From Amphiscolops sp. MND2022 (Eukaryota), in assembly GCA_964187785.1 (NCBI GenBank), contig OZ076409.1, forward strand, positions 21,888,001 through 21,952,000: a stretch of 64,000 bases of DNA, in the 5' to 3' direction. The translations under genes were made by a program, and so were the position numbers. Within the stretch, counting starts at the first letter, position 1, and every line of letters starts with the position of its first letter. Of the stretch, positions 36,395 through 46,149 are shown in pieces. The notes beneath the pieces are model-generated. The model saw nothing but the letters and a program-made list of their open reading frames with translations. It ran no database searches and had not been told where the DNA came from.

Positions 36395-37477
36395 TTAGGA
36401 GATCAAGTTGCTTCGTGCGTAGCTCTGCATATTTTGGTGTTGAGAAGGTGATATGCATTCATACTCCAATAACTTGTCTATAATTGCAATAATTTGTTCA
36501 TTAATCAGAAAACTATCATTTCCTCCAACTTTTTCAAAATAAAGTAGTTTCAATTGATCCACTAATTCGTCTGGGTCAGATGGGAGGAAAATGTACTGTT
36601 GTGTGGAGCTTCGTGTGGAACTTCGCGAAGTTTCGCCATTTGCGTAGCTTCGCAATCCACTTCCTGTGAAGCCCTGTGTATAGCTCTGTGATTGGCCTTG
36701 TGTGAAGCCTTGTAATTGATAGCGAGAGTATAATTCTTTAATAAATTGATATCTGATCGATTTTTTATCTCCATAATTTAGATCATATTTCATATCATTT
36801 AGGAAGTTATAAATTGGGCCCCAGTTATTTATTGGTTTGTCAAATTGTGTATTAGTTATAAAATATTGAAGATCTGGGTTACTAAGATCATATGAATTTC
36901 CATTCTCGAAAGTCATTGTTGAACCTTTAATTAGTACTTGTTGTGGGTTATGGGGATTAATTATGAATAAATTAGGATTGTCTTGTGCGAAGCTCTGCGT
37001 AATTGGTTCTAAACTAAATTGACTTTTGTTTTTCTCATTAGGTAAATTAGAAACTGTTTTTACAATATTAGAATCAACCTGGTTGGAAGTAACAAGACTC
37101 GTAAGAAGCTGATTATTACGATTCGTAATTTCATCATATTCTTGTATTCCTTCTTTAATTGATTTCTGTAAATTTTTATTCAAAGCGTTACTCGATTCTC
37201 GAATAGCCTGTGTTTGATTTTTTATTGCTTGTACTGTTGTTTGTGAAGCTGCGCGGGTAGAATCATGTAGTGCTTGTATTTGTTTTTCAGATAATTGTTT
37301 CTGGTTTTCAGTAGCTTCCACCTGCTTTGTAGTAACAGGTTCAAAAACTTCTTCAAGGTCATAATGAAAGTCTTGCTTCCCTAGTTTCTCTTTTAACCTT
37401 TCTTTGCGTACTGAAGATTTTGTTTCTTGTAATTTTTTCAATTTTTCCAAGTCATCTCGGGTGTGAATTGAATACAT
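36395..37477 (-). CDS. Conserved Polinton hypothetical protein (coiled coil; C-terminal DPDELVDQLKLL...GND motif), 360 aa
   Basis: Intact ORF; C-terminal motif resembles one recurring in animal Polintons; GSG putative protease site. Confidence 0.7.
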   Translation of the reverse strand: MYSIHTRDDLEKLKKLQETKSSVRKERLKEKLGKQDFHYDLEEVFEPVTTKQVEATENQKQLSEKQIQALHDSTRAASQTTVQAIKNQTQAIRESSNALNKNLQKSIKEGIQEYDEITNRNNQLLTSLVTSNQVDSNIVKTVSNLPNEKNKSQFSLEPITQSFAQDNPNLFIINPHNPQQVLIKGSTMTFENGNSYDLSNPDLQYFITNTQFDKPINNWGPIYNFLNDMKYDLNYGDKKSIRYQFIKELYSRYQLQGFTQGQSQSYTQGFTGSGLRSYANGETSRSSTRSSTQQYIFLPSDPDELVDQLKLLYFEKVGGNDSFLINEQIIAIIDKLLEYECISPSQHQNMQSYARSNLIS

Positions 37478-37490
37478 TTATTAAGTATAA

Positions 37491-37985
37491 TTAGTGGATT
37501 TTCCCCAGATACAGGCCTTTACCATTAGTTCTTGCTTTTCTGTTTGTGTTGCTTGTGTTAGCTGCTTTGCTGCCTTTACTCGACAATGCTTCAGCTTTGT
37601 ATAACCCCTTCCCTTGATGAACAAATTTAATAACGTCAGGGGCAGTTGCGGCAATTAATCGTGGATTTTTACTTGCTGCTGCAGTTCCAATATTTGCTGC
37701 TATTTCTAGTGCGCGGCCTGGATTATTGAGTATTTTCTTTCCAACATTTTTGGCTGCAGAACCTAAATGTTTGAAAAAGTCCCCCAATCCTTCCCCATCT
37801 ATTGTTCGTTCAGATACAATTAGACTCTTATTTCTGTTACATATCATGCAGTTGCCACGTAATGTGTGTACGGGCCTGCCCATCTGTATCCCAGTGTTTG
37901 TAATTTCTCCATGAATATTTGTGGTGGGAGAATAATGTTTTCCACCAACACAATATGAATTATTTATAAATTTATTATAACTCAT
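37491..37985 (-). CDS. Putative virion core/membrane-lytic protein, 164 aa
   Basis: N-terminal Cys motif, then GEG followed by amphipathic LGDFFKHLGSAAKNVGKKIL; GKGLY occurs twice. Confidence 0.65.
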   Translation of the reverse strand: MSYNKFINNSYCVGGKHYSPTTNIHGEITNTGIQMGRPVHTLRGNCMICNRNKSLIVSERTIDGEGLGDFFKHLGSAAKNVGKKILNNPGRALEIAANIGTAAASKNPRLIAATAPDVIKFVHQGKGLYKAEALSSKGSKAANTSNTNRKARTNGKGLYLGKIH

Positions 37986-38064
37986 TTATTAGAAAAAAAT
38001 TATCATTTTTGTGGAGCTTCGTGAAAGCTATCGCGAAAGCTATCGCGAACGCTATCGCCCAACA

Positions 38065-39125
38065 TCATATTTTAATAATTTGAATTGTGAAGGTGAGTGT
38101 CTCCCCGTTGAAATCAACTGAATCATGATTAGAGTCCTCAAGGAAAAATTGAATGGTGTCCAGTCGTGTTTTGTTAATTGATTTGTACAAAACAGTTGTG
38201 GGTTCTTTTATAAGTTTATATCCGGGAGGTGCGCTTAAATTGAAAGAAAATAAAATTTGTTCTCGTATACCATTAACAATTGAACCATCTACACAGTCGC
38301 ACTTCAGATGAACTTTATCGGTGGTTGTTATCATGACTGGTTTTTCTGAAGTGTGAGTTCCGGATGGGTAATCACGTTGTGTAAAACCCAGGACTTTGTT
38401 AAGTTTGGAGTTAAAATGAATAGGGTTTGAGGTTGTTAAAACTGATTTCATCGATATTGTGTCGGGTATTATGTTGAATTCAATACTAAAAACTGTAAGA
38501 TCTTTTTTGAATTTTGACTTATCATCTAATTCATAACCTGAATCAGTAATTATTTGTTTTATGGTATTATTTATTTCAATCAGTTCGTATACACCTGGAA
38601 CTAAATTTATATCAATAAACTCATTCTCAATTTCAAAGTTTGGAATAGTTATAGGAATGTTGCTCTTCATTTGCTTTAAATAGTCAAAATCTTTTTTCGG
38701 AAGTTTCTTCTTTTTTTATAACTAGTAAGAAAATATATATTAGCTTTTTCTATAAATTCATAGTAAAGTTTATTATTTTCTAAATCATAAGTTTCAAATA
38801 GTTTTTTTATATTTGGCACCACTCCTGTGTCAAACTCAAGTGCATCGAGTTGTCGATCATTTAGAATAATCTGTAGTTTGTTATTGCTGTTAGTGATATT
38901 ATAAACTGTATTGTACACTTCTAAACTTGTTACTCCCATCATCCATTTTTCATTTAAAATGAGAGGAACATCAAATGAGAAAGATTCTTTTTGTTTATTC
39001 ATTTTAAATTCTAGAGTTTCTTGTGGTTTAGAATGAGTATTTTCAACTATTTCTTGATTAGATTTTGCAATACTTAAAAGAAGAGATTCTTTTTTATCAT
39101 AAGTTATGAAGGTGGATAGATCCAT
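38065..39125 (-). CDS. Minor capsid (penton-like) protein, frameshift near 38700
   Basis: KWMMGVTSLEVYNTVYNITNSNNK, INLVPGVYEL, VHLKCDCVDGSIVNG, VDFNGETLTF; split over ORFs 38676-39125 and 38065-38670. Confidence 0.78.
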
Positions 39126-39128
39126 TTA

Positions 39129-39359
39129 TTATAGATTAAATTGTTTGAATCCACTAGCGGAAATGTTATTTATAAATTCTTGCCTATCTTTTGATAATGT
39201 TTTCTTATGCGATAGCTTCCGCAAATTTGTTGTATTTTTTCCATGATTTTGATTGTGAAGCTGTTCTGTGGAGCTGTGCGTGAAATTATGCGCGTTAGCT
39301 GTCGCGAAGCTGTGCGAGATAATTTTACATTGAGTTGAATAATTATTAATTTTCTTCAT
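39129..39359 (-). CDS. Small basic Polinton protein, 76 aa
   Basis: Starts in TAATAAATG; start overlaps the protease stop and stop abuts the penton start motif. Confidence 0.6.
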   Translation of the reverse strand: MKKINNYSTQCKIISHSFATANAHNFTHSSTEQLHNQNHGKNTTNLRKLSHKKTLSKDRQEFINNISASGFKQFNL

Positions 39360-39780
39360 TTATTAAGTTTGAAAGTTTGGTAGTATAAATTTAGTACTGC
39401 ATTTTTGAACCCAATTTTATTTGTGAGATACAGTGTGTATAAACAATACGCCGCGCAATAACTGTCGTTGGTCTGAATTTGATATTCTGAATAAATACCA
39501 TTTTTAATATGATTAAGTATATTAGTTGGGGGTGGGCATCCATATGAATCAAATAATTTTGATTTGTAAACATAACCCAATGTGTTCCCACTGAGGGATG
39601 TAAGTTAACTATACCACTGGTAGTGTTAAACTTATCATCTCTCATGTATATTCCACACACTGTATTTATTTCGCCGGAGGCACCAAGCCTATCAAGTATT
39701 TCTTTTATTTTTACATTGGAAGTTGCTTCGTTTTTTAGTCCGTATTTTTCAACAAATTCTTTGAATGATAAAGAGTTCAT
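39356..39780 (-). CDS. Adenain/Ulp1-like cysteine protease, 1-nt frameshift near 39552
   Basis: GTHWV (His), FDSYG (Asp), QIQ...YCAAYC (Gln/Cys) split over two overlapping frames. Confidence 0.9.
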
Positions 39781-39804
39781 TTATTAGTTATTTTTCATTG
39801 TTGC

Positions 39805-40018
39805 TGGTTGTACATTAACGCTGGCTGTACAGCAACGCTGGCTGTACAACAACGTGTTATTATTACACATTGCATCATAGAGGTTAGTGAATTTTTGCTT
39901 CATGATAAAAACACTATTTTTGATGATTTGTCTTCTAAAAAGTCCTCAAAATCAATGGTTTTGAGGACTTTTAATTTTTGGCGTTTTGTTGGCCAGTATC
40001 GGGATTTCCACTACTACT
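39805..40018 (-). repeat. Polinton right TIR (214 bp)
   Basis: Reverse complement of 25333-25546; no mismatch seen by eye. Confidence 0.95.
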
Positions 40019-40095
40019 TCCTCAGAGTAGAGCATCTACCATCAATCACAATTTTCTTGATAGATTTCGTGCATGACGTAACAAAATAAACTAAC

Positions 40096-40339
40096 CAATA
40101 ACAGTACCAAGTCCGGCCGATTTGCCCATACCCGTGTCTGAAGGAGTGTCCCCGACCACAGCCATCTTCTCAGGTGGACAGTTGAACAAGTTGGAAAGGT
40201 ACAGGGCATTATCAGGAGCGGGTTTGGCTTTTGAGAATGGGTCGTCACCACACACCAGAGCCTCGATGTCCGGCAAAAGACCCATGTCCTGAAGAGCTTG
40301 TGTGGAAGCCAGGCGGTTGTCGGATGTACATACAGCTAT
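40096..40339 (-). CDS. HAD domain, exon 4 (motifs II-IV)
   Basis: IAVCTSD (motif II), KAKPAP (motif III), VVGDTPSD (motif IV); canonical AG/GT sites. Confidence 0.9.
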
Positions 40340-41058
40340 CTGGCAAAACATGAAATCATTTCAAATGGAGAGTCTATGGAATAGGTCTTTGGAGTCACTA
40401 ATATTCCAATATTTAGTGAAACTTCCAACTTGATGTTAGATGCCCGAGGTCGGGTTATTCCGAAGAACTTGTTCGCTAAAAATGCAACGATGCTGTTGAC
40501 TCTGAATAAGTACTAGATAATAAATAGGCATTAGAGTGATAAGCATAAGATTTGCAATGAAAAGGTAATTTAATTGTTTTATGAGAAACAGGTTATGCAA
40601 GAAGTTACTTCTGGAAAGACGTCGATTTTTGAAAAAAAAACTGAATCACTGAGACACATTGAAACAGACAGCAACTCAAAAGAAAATAACTTACAAAGAC
40701 AAACAATAATTGGTGCTGTATCATTGGGGCTACAACAATCAATTTGTAAGATTCACACAACAAAAAAATTCGAGGAAGGACAACATTCCCACATGATAAT
40801 ACTTACATGTTGCTCATTATTTCCATTAACTTCAAAATCCAACGATATAGCTTTTATCAAATACTCTACTGGATAAATGTAACATTCTAGTGTTCCGTTT
40901 TTGCTTTAATTGAAACACGTTTTTCAAATTATGAAGAATAGAACACTTAGCAAAAAACGGCCTCTGGAGTTGAGTTTCCCGCAAACCCATATATAAATAA
41001 CGAATTTACACAAATTGGGTCCATTTGGGATTAACAATGTTCAGAGCTATTTGAACTA

Positions 41059-41232
41059 CAGTTAAATCCACCTAATTCGTATCGCTAGGGACCGAATAAA
41101 GTAGTACGAATAGTGAAAAATACGAATCAACCGGATGATATTTCTTCGGTCACCGCTAAATGGGGGTCTCAGATGCGTACGAATTAAACGAAGATCCGAA
41201 TTATCAGGATACGATTTAACCGGAGTTGACTG
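41059..41232. mobile_element. pogo/Tigger-like MITE, copy 1
   Basis: TA-CAGTTAAATCC...GGAGTTGACTG-TA; homologous to 60554-60712. Confidence 0.75.
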
Positions 41233-41479
41233 TATTACCACAACCTCCCGGTTAACACGGGAATATTTGCAACCTTAAACAAGACGGGAATGTCTAAAGT
41301 CGGCGCTATATCTAAGGCTCAAAAAGCGCAAAGTTTTTAAAACTGTAAAAGGGGGACCATTTGGGCTTCTTGAAAATCCAGTTTGTTGCAAAATATCGAA
41401 AAAAAGTGAAGGGGGACCCTTTAGAAACATTTTCGAAAAAGACTTACAGTGCCGAAAAAATTCAAAGGGGGGGCATATA

Positions 41480-42770
41480 CAGTGCTGTGATAAAAGAATG
41501 GAACCACTGTTTAGGAAAAAATATTGGAACGACAGATTTATTTCGAAATTAATAGTCAACAATCAACAAAAACCAAAACATATTATGAATATAACATCAA
41601 GAAGTCTTCAATATTTAGTGTTTTTACCATTTCTGCGTAATACTTCATTCAGTCTTCTGGGAATAGACTCATAAAGAGTTTCTATGAAATCTTGCGGAAT
41701 TTTTCGAAATTCTTCTTCGCAAGTGTGCCAAAGTTCGTCTACAGTTTTCGGGTTCATTTTGGAGACCTTTTTCTTCAGAAAACTCCATACATGCTCGATA
41801 ATATTGAGGTCTGGAGACTGAGCCGGCCAATTTTCAAGACTTTCTACAGCATTTTCCAACATCCAAGTTTTTGTTAAGGTAGCTGTATGAACCGGAGCAT
41901 TGTCTTGTTGAAAAATTTCGCCCAGGTACATGTTCGGAAGGAGATTTTCTTGCAAAATTTGGACGTAAGAGACGGCATTCATGTTTCCAGACACTTTTGC
42001 CAGTCCTTTTCTGCCATCCGATGAGATGAATCCCCATAACATCAGTTTTTTTCCACCGAATTTTTTTGTTTTGCAGAGATATTTTTCTTCTATGCCACTT
42101 TTGAGAGGTCGTCTGACTAGTATTCTGCGATTTGGCGACAGTTCGATTATTGTCTCATCGGAAAAAATAACGTTTTTCCAAAAAGTTGTCGTTTTCAGTA
42201 CGAATTCCGATGCGAACTTTTTTCGAAAATGTCTATGACTTTGGGTCAATAACGGTTTCCGAAAGGCTACTCTTGCATGAAGTCCATAATTGAGAAGTGT
42301 TTTTCGCACAAGACTAGTTGAACAAGTGTTTTCGGGCTTCAGATGTTGTAAAAGTTCCGTTGAAGACTTTTTTGGATGGTTAATGGACAAAGTAATAAGT
42401 TTTTTTTCTTCCTTTTCTGTCAATTTTCTTGGTCGGCCGGGGCTTTTTTCATTTGCAAGATGGCCTCTGGACTTGAAATTCTGAATGACATTGAAACAAG
42501 ATGTTTTCGGAATGTTTAAAGTAGCTGAAATTTCAAATAAACTTTTGTTTTCGTTGTGCAGACTAATAATTTGTTGTTTGACTTCTATGTCATATCGAGG
42601 CATCTTTCATCAATGATTGACAAACCTAAACTGGCGTAGATTCAGCCTTTGTTTACCTAGATGCAATTTTCTCAGACACCCAGGCGTTTTAATAGAAAAT
42701 TATTTGCTAATATTTCACTGTTCCAATATTTTGTAACAATCAGAGGTTCCATTCTTTTATCACAGCACTG
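41480..42770 (-). mobile_element. Intact Tc1-like DNA transposon (1,291 bp)
   Basis: TA TSDs; 26-bp perfect TIR CAGTGCTGTGATAAAAGAATGGAACC, imperfect to about 51 bp; intact transposase. Confidence 0.97.
41608..42603 (-). CDS. Tc1-family transposase, 331 aa, DD35E
   Basis: HTH with GRPRK; FSDET, QQDNAPVH, SPDLNIIE. Confidence 0.97.
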   Translation of the reverse strand: MPRYDIEVKQQIISLHNENKSLFEISATLNIPKTSCFNVIQNFKSRGHLANEKSPGRPRKLTEKEEKKLITLSINHPKKSSTELLQHLKPENTCSTSLVRKTLLNYGLHARVAFRKPLLTQSHRHFRKKFASEFVLKTTTFWKNVIFSDETIIELSPNRRILVRRPLKSGIEEKYLCKTKKFGGKKLMLWGFISSDGRKGLAKVSGNMNAVSYVQILQENLLPNMYLGEIFQQDNAPVHTATLTKTWMLENAVESLENWPAQSPDLNIIEHVWSFLKKKVSKMNPKTVDELWHTCEEEFRKIPQDFIETLYESIPRRLNEVLRRNGKNTKY

Positions 42771-42879
42771 TAGTCCCGTCAGGTTTTGTATCTTACGTTA
42801 AAAATTGAGTACATGAAAGGGGGATCCTTTGCACTAACTTAGATGCGTTTCCGCTTGCCGGTCAAGTAGTCACTACTTG

Positions 42880-43316
42880 GGGGTACGGAAAACTCAACAC
42901 AAGAAAACTCAACACATAGTAGGAAACAGGAAACTCAACATACGAAAACTCAACACAACTCAACAAATTTCAACACATTTAATTAATTTTAGTTAACACC
43001 TCAATTGAGTTTAATTTCCGGATTAAATAATTCCTAACTAATTGAAACCATGAAATAAAACGATAGAAAAAGTTTAAACGCAAACACAAATTATTTTAGA
43101 CAAATTGTCCCAAATGCATAAATTATGAGCAGTACGGACAAGGAATATACATGTATAACATATATCACGATTATTATGTTTTACATCTATTCAGTAGCCT
43201 AAAATGTGTTGAGTTTTCGTGTGTTGAGTTTTCGTGTGTTGAGTTTTATTGTGTTGAGTTTTCGTGTGTTGAGTTTTCGTGTGTTGAGTTTTCTTCTGTT
43301 GAGTTTTCTGGTAACC
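42880..43316 (+). mobile_element. Mutator-like MITE, copy 2
   Basis: Perfect 9-bp TSD CACTACTTG; ends GGGGTACGGAAAAC...GTTTTCTGGTAACC. Confidence 0.9.
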
Positions 43317-43612
43317 CACTACTTGACCGGCAAGCGGAAACGCATCTAAGTTTTTCTACAGAACTACTAAATGGTTTAGTAGTTCTGTAGAAAAAGTGTC
43401 ATTTCGAAATTCGCAAAACTAGCGGTGTCAAAACTAGTGTAAACAGTTGCAAATTGTACTAAAATACATCTAGCAACAGAAAACCTCGAAGATGAAAGTT
43501 CTCAACTCCCACCAGTGGACTACTTTTTCGGTGGACTATTTCTTGTATTCAACAGGAAGGCATGATGAAAACGCCATCACAAAAAGAAGTCGGACTTGAA
43601 AGCACTACTGAC

Positions 43613-43824
43613 CCTGATATTGAACTTCCTGAGCACCTTGAAAAGTAGTAGCACATCTCCGATGGGGAACACCTTCTCCGTCTTTTCGCTTCCCCCGCCT
43701 TTCACACTCATGCCTCCGATCCAGTTCTCCTGCACTGCCGCATGGGCATCGGCCTCGGTGTAGTCGAACTGCGTCACCAACATATTCTCCAGAGCCCTTT
43801 TGCACATCGTCATAGTGTCTTCAG
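43613..43824 (-). CDS. HAD domain, exon 3
   Basis: TTTGCAG acceptor; (A)EDTMTMCKRALE...PIGDVLLLFKVLRKFNIR; donor AGG|GTCAGT; frame consistent with both neighbours. Confidence 0.85.
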
Positions 43825-46149
43825 CTGCAAATTCAAACCTTTTCTTGAGAAACAAGTACATAACTATGTTGACATGCTTAGAACGTTCCAAAACTGCTGG
43901 CAAAGAAAGGGTGCAAAGGGCTTAGAGGAAACGCAGTTTCAGCAGAATTAGATTTCAGCATTTTTACTTCCTATCTAACATTTACAGGCTAGTTTCATTT
44001 ATACGGACTGCAATTTATAATTCTAATTGCCCATTTTCATTCACGTCAAGGAAAAATACCTCTCAACGTTTTTAAAAATATATTTAGTATAAGCAGGTTA
44101 TTTCGGAACTGTTCAAAATTATTATTAAGCACTGTTAATTTAGAAGAAACAACAACCAGTGATCAAAATATGGATCAGTGTTTTTAATTTTCTGTAAGCT
44201 TTCTGTGCGTCAATTTCGGTTATGACACGTCGATCGAGTTATGACAACGCTAATTAGCTGAAGAGCGAAGCAGCAAAAACTTATCGGCGAATTAAATTAG
44301 CAAGTTTCATATTCATTAGAGTCCATACGTGGTCTCACTGCAATACTTTCGATGAACGGGTATGGGCATTCTTCAGTGAGTAGAGTACAACTATTTATGC
44401 AACGAAGCATTTTCCCGAGGATTAGTGATTTTTTTCTTCTTCAAAAAAGTGACCATCTTACCATTAAGTTAGAGATCGTATGGTATCTTATTACTGTGTA
44501 TTTACCAAACAGACATGTTGTCTATCCGGTGGTTAGGATCACGTTTTTTTTGAAGAAACATGTGGACAATTAGTCACATGAGCTTAGCAAAAGCTAGTAG
44601 AAAAGTAGCGGAATAAGTCAGAAATTGTTAAGTGGTTCTTACCAGAAACTACTCAGAAGTATTCCAAGTTCATTAAATCCAAGGTCATTTCAGTCAAGGT
44701 CTGAACCTCATTGAAAACAGAGTTTTCGAACAGTAGTTGAAACTACGCAGCTTGCGAAAAAAATGGTGAAAAAATGTTAGCCAAATTAAATCAGTGATGA
44801 TTGTGTTGCAAACTCTCTTGCAAAGATGTGGACTCCGGTGGCAGTTATTGCAGACAACATATTAGATGAAATTACACCGAGTTTACAGTCGGAGAATTCT
44901 GAAAATAGTTTGGGCGGAAAACTTGTTCAACAAGTGGACAAGTTTGCAGCAAGGAAAAACACCGGATTTTTTTCATGCGACTTTACTTTGAAGCATTTTA
45001 GACCTGTGATAAACAACTACTTGCTTCGGTTTTCGAGTGAAGTTACCAAAAAAGATAGAACAGTGTATCCCCCGCGTATACTGCTGGTTATTTTCCAAAC
45101 AATTTAAATGCTGGTCAATGTATTGAACCTTAGTAAGACTTCCGAACGACATAGAATCGAAAGATCAAGAAAGTATCTTAGACACAATGAAGAGACCTAA
45201 AAACAAACTGAAATAGTAACTGACAAAGCGGAGATGGAATTGTTGCAAAAAGAATCCGAGTAACTCAGAACAGATTTGAAGTATGGTTCCGAGTCTCAAA
45301 TTCAAATTGTTGAAGGTCAGGCTGGAAAAACTGTACAACGTCAGCAAAATAATTGATGGTGGAATCAATCACGCCAAGTATTCTACAAAAAGTTGAGATG
45401 CGTCGACCTGGAGCTGAGCATTTCCCGGCTTCGATTATCAAACTTTATGTGTCCCGTTGATCCAAGGATAACGGCTTTTTCTTGTAAGCCCTTGAAGAAC
45501 AAAAGCAATGGTGAATGGTTCTCAACAGCCCGTGGGAAAGAATATAATTTGCGGGTTTATGGAAGAACTTGCTGTTCTGACAGAACGCGACGACAAAACT
45601 ATGGACTGGCCAATTTCTAGCAGCAGATTCAACCTCGATGGAGAAAATGTCATGATACCCTTCATGAACATTATTGAATATCATGAAAAATTCTATGAAG
45701 AACCTGCAGGTACAGATGTGGACAAGTCACAGTCTTCGACCAATGAGATAGCAGGACGATGCTAAACAAACACTGGAAATGCGGGTCCCTGAGATGACAA
45801 CTTAAGAGAGACAACAACGACCAGATACAGACTAAGTACTCAACCTTTCGACATTTTCGTTTTTTTTTTGCGGGCAATTTTGAGCCATTTTCCAACAGAA
45901 GTCTGCAAATATTCCTTTAAAAGCCTACTGGATTATTAGGCCAGTCTTTGTTGAACGTTTGCTAACATTCTGACTCTAATACGATTGGAAAAGTTCACAA
46001 GTTGCACAAAAAAGTTCAAATTTTTCGACTCCTTTGGAGTCATTCTGAAGTGTTTTTGAAGCAAAAACGACAAAAACTTCAAATTTTTTGACAGTTCAGG
46101 GTCAATGAGGCATTGTTCTTTTCCAAATCGAACTCATCTCGTGACAAAA

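Larger units (their letters stand above)
25333..40018. mobile_element. Complete Polinton/Maverick (adintovirus-like endogenous DNA virus), 14,686 bp
   Basis: AGTAGTAGT...ACTACTACT termini, 214-bp TIRs, perfect 6-bp TSD TCCTCA (25327-25332 and 40019-40024); pPolB, rve integrase, capsid, ATPase and protease genes. Confidence 0.97.
41277..43400 (-). mobile_element. Family A copy interrupted by the Tc1-like element and the Mutator-like MITE
   Basis: Sequence on both sides of the Tc1 is collinear with the intact copy at 59422-59837. Confidence 0.8.

Noticed and set aside
43151..43390. VEFSC-repeat ORF (and 17663-17926)
   Set aside because: Translation of the MITE's 15-bp subterminal repeats.
44200..45900. 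Possible decayed transposase or other coding remnant
   Set aside because: Composition looks formerly coding, but I could not identify a motif or termini; needs a translated search.
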